DNA of 64,000 bases from Utricularia gibba (taxonomy: Eukaryota; Plantae; Magnoliophyta). The position numbers were made by a program, and so were the translations under genes. Under the pieces are notes generated by a model. It was not told the origin of the DNA and did no database searches. It saw only the letters and a list, made by a program, of their open reading frames with translations. Where the stretch lies: assembly GCA_002189035.1 (NCBI GenBank), contig NEEC01000007.1, forward strand, positions 3,472,001 through 3,536,000, in the 5' to 3' direction. This document shows positions 37,301 to 52,300 of the stretch, piece by piece (within the stretch, counting starts at the first letter, position 1; each line of letters starts with the position of its first letter).

Positions 37301-40300
37301 GCAGTTATTGAAGTTAGGATTCATGAGCACCCAAAATGGTTTTCTCAACCGCATGCTTTATATTTGATAAGGCGCTCTCGTGGGCAACGGTATCGAGCAG
37401 GAGGTCGAGTCGAGCTCGGGCCCAGAGTCATTTGTAGCCGGCAAAAAATTGATGCATTTATTAACGTTCGGCTTATAGGCTGCCTACATAGTTTCTCAAG
37501 GAAAAGCTTGTCGTTTCTGGCGGGTGATGTCGTTGGAACTTCGTTCTGACCCAAGGTTCGTCTGACTCCTTTGCCACATCGGGTCCTACTCGACGAAAAT
37601 CGTGATGCAGTTATTGAAGTTAGGATTCATGAGCACCCAAAATGGTTTTCTCAACCGCATGCTTTATATTTGATAGGCGCTCTCGTGGGGCAACGGTATC
37701 GAGCAGGAGGTCGAGTCGAGCTCGGGCCCATAGTCATTTGTAGCTCGGCAAAAAACTTGATGCATTTATTAACGTTGGTTTTAATAGGCTGCCTCAATGG
37801 TTTTCTCAAGGAAAAGCTTGTCGTTTTTGGGCGGGTGATGTCGTTGTGAACTTCGTTCTGACCCAAGGTTCGGTCTGTCTCCTTTGCCAATCGGTCCTAC
37901 TCGACGAAAATCGTGATGCAGTTATTGAAGTTAGGATTTCATGAGCACCCAAAATGGTTTTCTCAACGCATGCTTTATTTGAGGAGGCGCTCTCGTGGGG
38001 CAACGGTATCGGGCAGGAGGTCGAGTCGAGCTCGAGAGTCATTTGTAGCCGGCAAAAAAATTGATGCATTTATTAACGTTGGGTTTTAATAGGCTGCCTA
38101 CATGGTTTCTCAAGGAAAAGCTTGTCGTTTCTGGGCGGGTGATGTCTTTTGGAACTTCGTTCTGACCAAGGTTCGGTCTGACTCCTTTGCCACATCGGGT
38201 CCTACTCGACGAAAATCGTGATGCAGTTATTGAAGTTAGGATTCATGAGCACCCAAAATGGTTTTCTCAACCGCATGCTTTATATTTGATAAGGCGCTCT
38301 CGTGGGGCAACGGTATCGAGCAGGAGGTCGAGTCGAGCTCGGGGCCCAGAGTCATTTGTAGCCGGCAAAAAATTGATGCATTTATTAACGTTCGGTTTTA
38401 TTAGGCTGCCTACATAGTTTCTCAAGGAAAAGCTTGTCGTTTCTGGGCGGGTGATGTCGTTGGGAACTTCGTTCGACCAAGGTTCGTCTGACTCCTTTGC
38501 CACATCGGGTCCTACTCGACGAAAATCGTGATGCAGTTATTGAAGTTAGGATTCATGAGCACCCAAAATGGTTTTCTCAACCGCATGCTTTATATTTGAT
38601 AGGCGCTCTCGTGGGGCAACGGTATCGAGCAGGAGGTCGAGTCGAGCTCGGGCCCATAGTCATTTGTAGCTCGGCAAAAAACTTGATGCATTTATTAACG
38701 TTGGGTTTTAATAGGCTGCCTACATGTTTTCTCAAGGAAAAGCTTGTCGTTTTTGGGCGGGTGATGTCGTTGGGAACTTCGTTCTGACCCAAGTTCGGTC
38801 TGACTCCTTTGCCACATCGGGTCCTACTCGACGAAAATCGTGATGCAGTTATTGAAGTTAGGATTCATGAGCACCCAAAATGGTTTTCTCAACCGCATGC
38901 TTTATATTTGATAAGGCGCTCTCGTGGGGCAACGGTATCGAGCAGGAGGTCGAGTCGAGCTCGGGCCCATAGTCATTTGTAGCCCGGCAAAAAATTGATG
39001 CATTTATTAACGTTCGGCTATTAGGCTGCCTACATAGTTTCTCAAGGAAAAGCTTGTCGTTTCTGGCGGGTGATGTCGTTGGGAACTTCGTTCGGACCCA
39101 AGGTTCGTCTGACTCCTTTGCCATCGGGTCCTACTCGACGAAAATCGTGATGCAGTTATTGAAGTTAGGATGTCATGAGCACCCAAAATGGTTTTCTCAA
39201 CCGCATGCTTTATATTTGAGGAGGCGCTCTCGTGGGGCAACGGTATCGAGTAGGAGGTCGAGTCGAGCTCGGGCCCATAGTCATTTGTAGCTCGGCAAAA
39301 AACTTGATGCATTAATTAACGTTGGGTTTTAATAGGGCCTACATGTTTTCTCAAGGAAAAGCTTGTCGTTTTTGGGCGGGTGATGTCGTTGTGAACTTCG
39401 TTCTGACCCAGGTTCGGTCTGACTCCTTTGCCACATCGGGTCCTACTCGACGAAAATCGTGATGCAGTTATTGAAGTTAGGATTCATGAGCACCCAAAAT
39501 GGTTTTCTCAACCGCATGCTTTATATTTGATAAGGTGCTCTCGTGGGGCAACGGTATCGAGCAGGAGGTCGAGTCGAGCTCGGGCCCATAGTCATTTGTA
39601 GCTCGGCAAAAAATTGATGCATTTATTAACGTTGGTTTTTAATAGGCTGCCTACATGTTTTCTCAAGGAAAAGCTTGTCGTTTTTGGGCGGTGATGTCGT
39701 TGTGAACTTCGTTCTGACCCAAGGTTCGGTCTGACTCCTTTGCCACATCGGTCCTACTCGACGAAAATCGTGATGCAGTTATTGAAGTTAGGATTCATGA
39801 GCACCCAAAATGGTTTTCTCAACCGCATGCTTTATATTTGAGGAGGCGCTCTCGTGGGGCAACGGTATCGAGCAGGAGGTCGAGTCGAGCTCGGGCCCAG
39901 AGTCATTTGTAGCTCGGCAAAAAACTTGATGCATTTATTAACGTTGGTTTTAATAGGCTGCCTACATGTTTTCTCAAGGAAAAGCTTGTCGTTTTGGGCG
40001 GGTGATGTCGTTGGAACTTCGTTCTGACCAAGGTTCGGTCTGACTCCTTTGCCACATCGGGTCCTACTCGACGAAAATCGTGATGCAGTTATTGAAGTTA
40101 GGATTCATGAGCACCCAAAATGGTTTTCTCAACCGCATGCTTTATATTTGATAAGGCGCTCTCGTGGGGCAACGGTATCGAGTAGGAGGTCGAGTCGAGC
40201 TCGGGCCCATAGTCATTTGTAGCCCGGCAAAAAATTGATGCATTTATTAACGTTGGTTTTAGGCTGCCTACATGTTTCTCAAGGAAAAGCTTGTCGTTTC

Positions 40301-43300
40301 TGGGCGGTGATGTCGTTGGGAACTTCGTTCTGACCAAGGTTCGTCTGACTCCTTTGCCACATCGGGTCCTACTCGACGAAAATCGTGATGCAGTTATTGA
40401 AGTTAGGATTCATGAGCACCCAAAATGGTTTTCTCAACCGCATGCTTTATATTTGATAGGCGCTCTCGTGGGGCAACGGTATCGAGCAGGAGGTCGAGTC
40501 GAGCTCGGGCCCATAGTCATTTGTAGCTCGGCAAAAAACTTGATGCATTTATTAACGTTGGGTTTTAATAGGCGCCTACATGTTTTCTCAAGGAAAAGCT
40601 TGTCGTTTTTGGGCGGTGATGTCGTTGTGAACTTCGTTCTGACCCAAGTTCGGTCTGACTCCTTTGCCACATCGGGTCCTACTCGACGAAAATCGTGATG
40701 CAGTTATTGAAGTTAGGATTCATGAGCACCCAAAATGGTTTTCTCAACCGCATGCTTTATATTTGAGGAGGCGCTCTCGTGGGCAACGGTATCGAGCAGG
40801 AGGTCGAGTCGAGCTCGGGCCCAGAGTCATTTGTAGCCCGGCAAAAAATTGATGCATTTATTAACGTTCGGTATTAGGCTGCCTACATAGTTTCTCAAGG
40901 AAAAGCTTGTCGTTTCTGGCGGGTGATGTCGTTGGGAACTTCGTTCGACCCAAGGTTCGTCTGACTCCTTTGCCACATCGGGTCCTACTCGACGAAAATC
41001 GTGATGCAGTTATTGAAGTTAGGATTCATGAGCACCCAAAATGGTTTTCTCAACCGCATGCTTTATATTTGAGGAGGCGCTCTCGTGGGGCAACGGTATC
41101 GAGCAGGAGGTCGAGTCGAGCTCGGGCCCATAGTCATTTGTAGCTCGGCAAAAAACTTGATGCATTTATTAACGTTGGGTTTTAATAGGCGCCTACATTG
41201 TTTTCTCAAGGAAAAGCTTGTCGTTTTGGGCGGGTGATGTCGTTGTGAACTTCGTTCTGACCCAAGTTCGGTCTGACTCCTTTGCCACATCGGGTCCTAC
41301 TCGACGAAAATCGTGATGCAGTTATTGAAGTTAGGATTCATGAGCACCCAAAATGGTTTTCTCAACCGCATGCTTTATATTTGATAAGGCGCTCTCGTGG
41401 GGCAACGGTATCGAGCAGGAGGTCGAGTCGAGCTCGGGCCCATAGTCATTTGTAGCCCGGCAAAAATTGATGCATTTATTAACGTTCGGCATTAGGCTGC
41501 CTACATAGTTTCTCAAGGAAAAGCTTGTCGTTTCTGGCGGGTGATGTCGTTGGGAAACTTCGTTCGGACCCAAGGTTCGTCTGACTCCTTTGCCACATCG
41601 GGTCCTACTCGACGAAAATCGTGATGCAGTTATTGAAGTTAGGATGTCATGAGCACCCAAAATGGTTTTCTCAACCGCATGCTTTATATTTGAGGAGGCG
41701 CTCTCGTGGGGCAACGGTATCGAGCAGGAGGTCGAGTCGAGCTCGGGCCCATAGTCATTTGTAGCTCGGCAAAAAACTTGATGCATTATTAACGTTGGGT
41801 TTTAATAGGCTGCCTACATGTTTTCTCAAGGAAAAGCTTGTCGTTTTTGGGCGGTGATGTCGTTGTGAACTTCGTTCTGACCCAGGTTCGGTCTGACTCC
41901 TTTGCCACATCGGGTCCTACTCGACGAAAATCGTGATGCAGTTATTGAAGTTAGGATTTCATGAGCACCCAAAATGGTTTTCTCAACCGCATGCTTTATT
42001 TTGATAAGGCGCTCTCGTGGGGCAACGGTATCGAGCAGGAGGTCGAGTCGAGCTCGGCCCATAGTCATTTGTAGCCCGGCAAAAAAATTGATGCATTTAT
42101 TAACGTTAATTAGGCTGCCTACAAGTTTTCAAGGAAAAGCTTGTCGTTTTGGCGGTGATGTCGTTGTGAACTTCGTTCGGACCCAAGGTTCGTCTGACTC
42201 CTTTGCCACATCGGGTCCTACTCGACGAAAATCGTGATGCAGTTATTGAAGTTAGGATGTCATGAGCACCCAAAATGGTTTTCTCAACGCATGCTTTATA
42301 TTTGAGGAGGCGCTCTCGTGGGGCAACGGTATCGAGCAGGAGGTCGAGTCGAGCTCGGGCCCAGAGTCATTTGTAGCCCGGCAAAAAATTGATGCATTTA
42401 TTAACGTTGGGTTATTAGGCTGCCTACATAGTTTCTCAAGGAAAAGCTTGTCGTTTCTGGCGGGTGATGTCGTTGGGAACTTCGTTCTGACCCAAGGTTC
42501 GTCTGACTCCTTTGCCACATCGGGTCCTACTCGACGAAAATCGTGATGCAGTTATTGAAGTTAGGATGTCATGAGCACCCAAAATGGTTTTCAACCGCAT
42601 GCTTTATATTTGATAGGCGCTCTCGTGGGGCAACGGTATCGAGCAGGAGGTCGAGTCGAGCTCGGGCCCATAGTCATTTGTAGCCGGCAAAAAAATTGAT
42701 GCATTTATTAACGTTGGGTTTTAATAGGCTGCCTACATGTTTTCTCAAGGAAAAGCTTGTCGTTTTTGGCGGGTGATGTCGTTGTGAACTTCGTTCTGAC
42801 CCAAGTTCGGTCTGACTCCTTTGCCACATCGGGTCCTACTCGACGAAAATCGTGATGCAGTTATTGAAGTTAGGATTCATGAGCACCCAAATGGTTTTCT
42901 CAACCGCATGCTTTATATTTGAGGAGGCTCTCGTGGGGCAACGGTATCGAGCAGGGTCGAGTCGAGCTCGGCCCAGAGTCATTTGTAGCCCGGCAAAAAA
43001 TTGATGCATTTATTAACGTTGTATTAGGCTGCCTACATAGTTTCTCAAGGAAAAGCTTGTCGTTTCTGGCGGGTGATGTCGTTGGGAACTTCGTTCTGAC
43101 CCAAGGTTCGTCTGACTCCTTTGCCACATCGGGTCCTACTCGACGAAAATCGTGATGCAGTTATTGAAGTTAGGATGTCATGAGCACCCAAAATGGTTTT
43201 CTCAACCGCATGCTTTATATTTGAGGAGGCGCTCTCGTGGGGCAACGGTATCGAGCAGGAGGTCGAGTCGAGCTCGGGCCCATAGTCATTTGTAGCTCGG

Positions 43301-46300
43301 CAAAAAACTTGATGCATTTATTAACGTTGGGTTTTAATAGGCTGCCTACATGGTTTTCTCAAGGAAAAGCTTGTCGTTTTTGGGCGGGTGATGTCGTTGT
43401 GAACTTCGTTCTGACCCAAGGTTCGGTCTGACTCCTTTGCCACATCGGGTCCTACTCGACGAAAATCGTGATGCAGTTATTGAAGTTAGGATCATGAGCA
43501 CCCAAAATGGTTTTCTCAACCGCATGCTTTATATTTGAGGAGGCGCTCTCGTGGGGCAACGGTATCGAGCAGGAGGTCGAGTCGAGCTCGGCCCAGAGTC
43601 ATTTGTAGCCCGGCAAAAAATTGATGCATTTATTAACGTTGGCTTATTAGGCTGCCTACATGTTTCTCAAGGAAAAGCTTGTCGTTTCTGGCGGGTGATG
43701 TCGTTGGAACTTCGTTCTGACCCAAGGTTCGTCTGACTCCTTTGCCACATCGGGTCCTACTCGACGAAAATCGTGATGCAGTTATTGAAGTTAGGATGTC
43801 ATGAGCACCCAAAATGGTTTTCTCAACCGCATGCTTTATATTTGAGGAGGCGCTCTCGTGGGGCAACGGTATCGAGTAGGAGGTCGAGTCGAGCTCGGGC
43901 CCATAGTCATTTGTAGCTCGGCAAAAAACTTGATGCATTTATTAACGTTGGTTTTAATAGGCTGCCTACATGTTTTCTCAAGGAAAAGCTTGTCGTTTTT
44001 GGCGGGTGATGTCGTTGTGAACTTCGTTCTGACCCAAGGTTCGGTCTGACTCCTTTGCCACATCGGGTCCTACTCGACGAAAATCGTGATGCAGTTATTG
44101 AAGTTAGGATTCATGAGCACCCAAAATGGTTTTCTCAACCGCATGCTTTATATTTGATAAGGTGCTCTCGTGGGGCAACGGTATCGAGCAGGAGGTCGAG
44201 TCGAGCTCGGCCCATAGTCATTTGTAGCCGGCAAAAAATTGATGCATTTATTAACGTTGGTTTATTAGGCTGCCTACATGTTTCTCAAGGAAAAGCTTGT
44301 CGTTTGGGCGGGTGATGTCGTTGGGAACTTCGTTCGGACCCAAGGTTCGTCTGACTCCTTTGCCACATCGGGTCCTACTCGACGAAAATCGTGATGCAGT
44401 TATTGAAGTTAGGATGTCATGAGCACCCAAAATGGTTTTCTCAACCGCATGCTTTATATTTGATAGGCGCTCTCGTGGGGCAACGGTATCGAGCAGGAGG
44501 TCGAGTCGAGCTCGGGCCCATAGTCATTTGTAGCTCGGCAAAAAACTTGATGCATTTATTAACGTTGGGTTTTAATAGGCTGCCTACATTGTTTTCTCAA
44601 GGAAAAGCTTGTCGTTTTTGGGCGGGTGATGTCGTTGTGGAACTTCGTTCTGACCCAAGGTTCGGTCTGACTCCTTTGCCACATCGGGTCCTACTCGACG
44701 AAAATCGTGATGCAGTTATTGAAGTTAGGATTCATGAGCACCCAAAATGGTTTTCTCAACCGCATGCTTTATATTTGATAAGGCGCTCTCGTGGGGCAAC
44801 GGTATCGAGCAGGAGGTCGAGTCGAGCTCGGGCCCATAGTCATTTGTAGCCCGGCAAAAAATTGATGCATTTATTAACGTTGGCTTAATTAGGCTGCCTA
44901 CATAGTTTCTCAAGGAAAAGCTTGTCGTTTCTGGCGGGTGATGTCGTTGGGAACTTCGTTCTGACCAAGGTTCGTCTGACTCCTTTGCCACATCGGGTCC
45001 TACTCGACGAAAATCGTGATGCAGTTATTGAAGTTAGGATTCATGAGCACCCAAAATGGTTTTCTCAACGCATGCTTTATATTTGATAGGCGCTCTCGTG
45101 GGGCAACGGTATCGAGCAGGAGGTCGAGTCGAGCTCGGGCCCATAGTCATTTGTAGCTCGGCAAAAAATTGATGCATTTATTAACGTTGGTTTTAATAGG
45201 CTGCCTAATTGGTTTTCTCAAGGAAAAGCTTGTCGTTTTGGGCGGGTGATGTCGTTGTGAACTTCGTTGACCCAAGGTTCGGTCTGTCTCCTTTGCCAAA
45301 TCGGTCCTACTCGACGAAAATCGTGATGCAGTTATTGAAGTTAGGATTTCATGAGCACCCAAAATGGTTTTCTCAACCGCATGCTTTATATTTGATAAGG
45401 CACTCTCGTGGGGCAACGGTATCGAGCAGGAGGTCGAGTCGAGCTCGGGCCCAGAGTCATTTGTAGCCCGGCAAAAAATTGATGCATTTATTAACGTTCG
45501 GTTATTAGGCTGCCTACATAGTTTTCTCAAGGAAAAGCTTGTCGTTTCTGGCGGGTGATGTCGTTGGGAACTTCGTTCGACCAAGGTTCGGTCTGACTCC
45601 TTTGCCACATCGGGTCCTACTCGACGAAAATCGTGATGCAGTTATTGAAGTTAGGATGTCATGAGCACCCAAAATGGTTTTCTCAACCGCATGCTTTATT
45701 TGAGGAGGCGCTCTCGTGGGGCAACGGTATCGAGCAGGAGGTCGAGTCGAGCTCGGCCCATAGTCATTTGTAGCTCGGCAAAAAACTTGATGCATTTATT
45801 AACGTTGGTTTTAATAGGCTGCCTACATGGTTTTCTCAAGGAAAAGCTTGTCGTTTTTGGGCGGGTGATGTCGTTGTGAACTTCGTTCTGACCCAAGGTT
45901 CGGTCTGACTCCTTTGCCAAATCGGTCCTACTCGACGAAAATCGTGATGCAGTTATTGAAGTTAGGATTTCATGAGCACCCAAAATGGTTTTCTCAACGC
46001 ATGCTTTATTTGAGGAGGCGCTCTCGTGGGGCAACGGTATCGAGCAGGTCGAGTCGAGCTCGGGCCCAGAGTCATTTGTAGCCGCAAAAAAATTGATGCA
46101 TTTATTAACGTTGGGTTTTAATAGGCTGCCTACATGGTTTCTCAAGGAAAAGCTTGTCGTTTTGGGCGGGTGATGTCTTTTGGAACTTCGTTCTGACCAA
46201 GGTTCGGTCTGACTCCTTTGCCACATCGGGTCCTACTCGACGAAAATCGTGATGCAGTTATTGAAGTTAGGATTCATGAGCACCCAAAATGGTTTTCTCA

Positions 46301-49300
46301 ACCGCATGCTTTATATTTGATAAGGCGCTCTCGTGGGGCAACGGTATCGAGCAGGAGGTCGAGTCGAGCTCGGGCCCAGAGTCATTTGTAGCCGGCAAAA
46401 AATTGATGCATTTATTAACGTTCGGTTTATTAGGCTGCCTACATAGTTTCTCAAGGAAAAGCTTGTCGTTTCTGGGCGGGTGATGTCGTTGGGAACTTCG
46501 TTCGGACCCAAGGTTCGTCTGACTCCTTTGCCACATCGGGTCCTACTCGACGAAAATCGTGATGCAGTTATTGAAGTTAGGATGTCATGAGCACCCAAAA
46601 TGGTTTTCTCAACCGCATGCTTTATATTTGAGGAGGCGCTCTCGTGGGGCAACGGTATCGAGCAGGAGGTCGAGTCGAGCTCGGGCCCATAGTCATTTGT
46701 AGCTCGGCAAAAAACTTGATGCATTTATTAACGTTGGTTTTAATAGGCTGCCTACATGTTTTCTCAAGGAAAAGCTTGTCGTTTTTGGGCGGGTGATGTC
46801 GTTGTGAACTTCGTTCTGACCAAGGTTCGGTCTGACTCCTTTGCCACATCGGTCCTACTCGACGAAAATCGTGATGCAGTTATTGAAGTTAGGATTCATG
46901 AGCACCCAAAATGGTTTTCTCAACCGCATGCTTTATATTTGATAAGGCGCTCTCGTGGGCAACGGTATCGAGCAGGAGGTCGAGTCGAGCTCGGGCCAGA
47001 GTCATTTGTAGCCCGGCAAAAAAATGATGCATTTATTAACGTTGGCTATTAGGCTGCCTACATAGTTTTCAAGGAAAAGCTTGTCGTTTTGGCGGGTGAT
47101 GTCGTTGGGAACTTCGTTCGGACCAAGGTTCGTCTGACTCCTTTGCCACATCGGGTCCTACTCGACGAAAATCGTGATGCAGTTATTGAAGTTAGGATGT
47201 CATGAGCACCCAAAATGGTTTTCTCAACCGCATGCTTTATATTTGAGGAGGCGCTCTCGTGGGGCAACGGTATCGAGTAGGAGGTCGAGTCGAGCTCGGG
47301 CCCATAGTCATTTGTAGCTCGGCAAAAAACTTGATGCATTTATTAACGTTGGGTTTTAATAGGCTGCCTACATTGTTTTCTCAAGGAAAAGCTTGTCGTT
47401 TTTGGGCGGGTGATGTCGTTGTGAACTTCGTTCTGACCCAAGGTTCGGTCTGACTCCTTTGCCACATCGGTCCTACTCGACGAAAATCGTGATGCAGTTA
47501 TTGAAGTTAGGATTCATGAGCACCCAAAATGGTTTTCTCAACCGCATGCTTTATATTTGATAAGGCGCTCTCGTGGGGCAACGGTATCGAGCAGGAGGTC
47601 GAGTCGAGCTCGGGCCCAGAGTCATTTGTAGCCCGGCAAAAAATTGATGCATTTATTAACGTTGGTTTATTAGGCTGCCTACATGTTTCTCAAGGAAAAG
47701 CTTGTCGTTTCTGGCGGGTGATGTCTTGGAACTTCGTTCTGACCCAAGGTTCGGTCTGACTCCTTTGCCACATCGGGTCCTACTCGACGAAAATCGTGAT
47801 GCAGTTATTGAAGTTAGGATTCATGAGCACCCAAAATGGTTTTCTCAACCGCATGCTTTATATTTGAGGAGGCGCTCTCGTGGGGCAACGGTATCGAGCA
47901 GGAGGTCGAGTCGAGCTCGGGCCCATAGTCATTTGTAGCTCGGCAAAAAACTTGATGCATTTATTAACGTTGGGTTTTAATAGGCTGCCTACATGTTTTC
48001 TCAAGGAAAAGCTTGTCGTTTTTGGGCGGGTGATGTCGTTGTGAACTTCGTTCTGACCCAGGTTCGTCTGACTCCTTTGCCACATCGGTCCTACTCGACG
48101 AAAATCGTGATGCAGTTATTGAAGTTAGGATTCATGAGCACCCAAAATGGTTTTCTCAACCGCATGCTTTATATTTGATAAGGCGCTCTCGTGGGGCAAC
48201 GGTATCGAGCAGGAGGTCGAGTCGAGCTCGGGCCCATAGTCATTTGTAGCCCGGCAAAAAAATTGATGCATTTATTAACGTTGGTTTTAATAGGCTGCCT
48301 ACATGTTTTCTCAAGGAAAAGCTTGTCGTTTTGGGCGGGTGATGTCGTTGGAACTTCGTTCTGACCCAAGGTTCGGTCTGACTCCTTTGCCACATCGGTC
48401 CTACTCGACGAAAATCGTGATGCAGTTATTGAAGTTAGGATTCATGAGCACCCAAAATGGTTTTCTCAACCGCATGCTTTATATTTGAGGAGGCGCTCTC
48501 GTGGGGCAACGGTATCGAGCAGGAGGTCGAGTCGAGCTCGGGCCCATAGTCATTTGTAGCTCGGCAAAAAATTGATGCATTTATTAACGTTGGGTTTAAT
48601 AGGCTGCCTACATGTTTCTCAAGGAAAAGCTTGTCGTTTTTGGGCGGGTGATGTCGTTGTGAACTTCGTTCTGACCCAAGGTTCGGTCTGACTCCTTTGC
48701 CACATCGGGTCCTACTCGACGAAAATCGTGATGCAGTTATTGAAGTTAGGATTCATGAGCACCCAAAATGGTTTTCTCAACCGCATGCTTTATATTTGAT
48801 AAGGCTCTCTCGTGGGGCAACGGTATCGAGCAGGAGGTCGAGTCGAGCTCGGGCCCATAGTCATTTGTAGCCCGGCAAAAAATGATGCATTTATTAACGT
48901 TGGTTTATTAGGCTGCCTACATAGTTTCTCAAGGAAAAGCTTGTCGTTTTGGCGGGTGATGTCGTTGGGAACTTCGTTCGACCAAGGTTCTGTCTGACTC
49001 CTTTGCCACATCGGGTCCTACTCGACGAAAATCGTGATGCAGTTATTGAAGTTAGGATGTCATGAGCACCCAAAATGGTTTTCTCAACCGCATGCTTTAT
49101 ATTTGATAGGCGCTCTCGTGGGGCAACGGTATCGAGCAGGAGGTCGAGTCGAGCTCGGCCCATAGTCATTTGTAGCTCGGCAAAAAACTTGATGCATTTA
49201 TTAACGTTGGGTTTTAATAGGCTGCCTACATGTTTTCTCAAGGAAAAGCTTGTCGTTTTTGGGCGGGATGTCGTTGTGAACTTCGTTCTGACCCAAGGTT

Positions 49301-52300
49301 CGGTCTGACTCCTTTGCCACATCGGGTCCTACTCGACGAAAATCGTGATGCAGTTATTGAAGTTAGGATTCATGAGCACCCAAAATGGTTTTCTCAACCG
49401 CATGCTTTATATTTGAGGAGGCGCTCTCGTGGGGCAACGGTATCGAGCAGGAGGTCGAGTCGAGCTCGGGCCCAGAGTCATTTGTAGCCGGCAAAAAAAT
49501 TGATGCATTTATTAACGTTGGGTTTAGGCTGCCTACATGTTTCTCAAGGAAAAGCTTGTCGTTTCTGGCGGGTGATGTCGTTGGGAACTTCGTTCGACCA
49601 AGGTTCGGTCTGACTCCTTTGCCACATCGGGTCCTACTCGACGAAAATCGTGATGCAGTTATTGAAGTTAGGATTCATGAGCACCCAAAATGGTTTTCTC
49701 AACCGCATGCTTTATATTTGAGGAGGCGCTCTCGTGGGGCAACGGTATCGAGCAGGAGGTCGAGTCGAGCTCGGGCCCATAGTCATTTGTAGCTCGGCAA
49801 AAAACTTGATGCATTTATTAACGTTGGTTTTAATAGGCTGCCTACATGTTTTCTCAAGGAAAAGCTTGTCGTTTTTGGGCGGGTGATGTCGTTGTGAACT
49901 TCGTTCTGACCCAAGGTTCGGTCTGACTCCTTTGCCACATCGGGTCCTACTCGACGAAAATCGTGATGCAGTTATTGAAGTTAGGATTCATGAGCACCCA
50001 AAATGGTTTTCTCAACCGCATGCTTTATATTTGATAAGGCGCTCTCGTGGGGCAACGGTATCGAGCAGGAGGTCGAGTCGAGCTCGGGCCCATAGTCATT
50101 TGTAGCCCGGCAAAAAATTGATGCATTTATTAACGTTGGTATTAGGCTGCCTACATGTTTTCTCAAGGAAAAGCTTGTCGTTTTGGGCGGGTGATGTCGT
50201 TGGGAACTTCGTTCTGACCAAGGTTCGTCTGACTCCTTTGCCACATCGGTCCTACTCGACGAAAATCGTGATGCAGTTATTGAAGTTAGGATTCATGAGC
50301 ACCCAAAATGGTTTTCTCAACCGCATGCTTTATATTTGAGGAGGCGCTCTCGTGGGGCAACGGTATCGAGCAGGAGGTCGAGTCGAGCTCGGGCCCATAG
50401 TCATTTGTAGCTCGGCAAAAAATTGATGCATTTATTAACGTTGGGTTTAATAGGCTGCCTACATGTTTCTCAAGGAAAAGCTTGTCGTTTTTGGGCGGGT
50501 GATGTCGTTGTGAACTTCGTTCTGACCAAGGTTCGGTCTGACTCCTTTGCCACATCGGGTCCTACTCGACGAAAATCGTGATGCAGTTATTGAAGTTAGG
50601 ATTCATGAGCACCCAAAATGGTTTTCTCAACCGCATGCTTTATATTTGATAAGGCTCTCGTGGGGCAACGGTATCGAGCAGGAGGTCGAGTCGAGCTCGG
50701 GCCATAGTCATTTGTAGCTCGGCAAAAAATTGATGCATTTATTAACGTTGGTTTTAGGCTGCCTACATGTTTCTCAAGGAAAAGCTTGTCGTTTTGGCGG
50801 GTGATGTCGTTGGGAACTTCGTTCTGACCCAAGGTTCGTCTGACTCCTTTGCCACATCGGGTCCTACTCGACGAAAATCGTGATGCAGTTATTGAAGTTA
50901 GGATTCATGAGCACCCAAAATGGTTTTCTCAACCGCATGCTTTATATTTGAGGAGGCGCTCTCGTGGGGCAACGGTATCGAGCAGGAGGTCGAGTCGAGC
51001 TCGGGCCCAGAGTCATTTGTAGCTCGGCAAAAAATTGATGCATTTATTAACGTTGGTTTTAGGCTGCCTACATGTTTCTCAAGGAAAAGCTTGTCGTTTT
51101 GGCGGGTGATGTCGTTGGGAACTTCGTTCTGACCCAAGGTTCGTCTGACTCCTTTGCCACATCGGTCCTACTCGACGAAAATCGTGATGCAGTTATTGAA
51201 GTTAGGATTCATGAGCACCCAAAATGGTTTTCTCAACCGCATGCTTTATATTTGATAAGGCGCTCTCGTGGGGCAACGGTATCGAGCAGGAGGTCGAGTC
51301 GAGCTCGGGCCATAGTCATTTGTAGCCGGCAAAAAAACTTGATGCATTTATTAACGTTGGGTTTTAATAGGCCTACATGTTTTCTCAAGGAAAAGCTTGT
51401 CGTTTTTGGGCGGGTGATGTCGTTGTGAACTTCGTTCTGACCAAGGTTCGGTCTGACTCCTTTGCCACATCGGGTCCTACTCGACGAAAATCGTGATGCA
51501 GTTATTGAAGTTAGGATTCATGAGCACCCAAAATGGTTTTCTCAACCGCATGCTTTATATTTGAGGAGGCGCTCTCGTGGGGCAACGGTATCGAGCAGGA
51601 GGTCGAGTCGAGCTCGGCCCAGAGTCATTTGTAGCCCGGCAAAAAAATTGATGCATTTATTAACGTTGGCTAAGGCTGCCTACATAGTTTCTCAAGGAAA
51701 AGCTTGTCGTTTCTGGGCGGGTGATGTCGTTGGGAACTTCGTTCTGACCCATTCGTCTGACTCCTTTGCCACATCGGGTCCTACTCGACGAAAATCGTGA
51801 TGCAGTTATTGAAGTTAGGATGTCATGAGCACCCAAAATGGTTTTCTCAACCGATGCTTTATATTTGATAGGCGCTCTCGTGGGGCAACGGTATCGAGCA
51901 GGAGGTCGAGTCGAGCTCGGGCCCATAGTCATTTGTAGCTCGGCAAAAAAATTGATGCATTTATTAACGTTGGGTTTTTAATAGGCTGCCTACATTGTTT
52001 TCTCAAGGAAAAGCTTGTCGTTTTTGGCGGGATGTCGTTGTGAACTTCGTTCTGACCCAAGGTTCGGTCTGACTCCTTTGCCACATCGGGTCCTACTCGA
52101 CGAAAATCGTGATGCAGTTATTGAAGTTAGGATTCATGAGCACCCAAAATGGTTTTCTCAACCGCATGCTTTATATTTGAGGAGGCGCTCGTGGGGCAAC
52201 GGTATCGAGCAGAGGTCGAGTCGAGCTCGGGCCCATAGTCATTTGTAGCCGCAAAAAAATTGATGCATTTATTAACGTTGGCTTTTAGGCTGCCTACATA

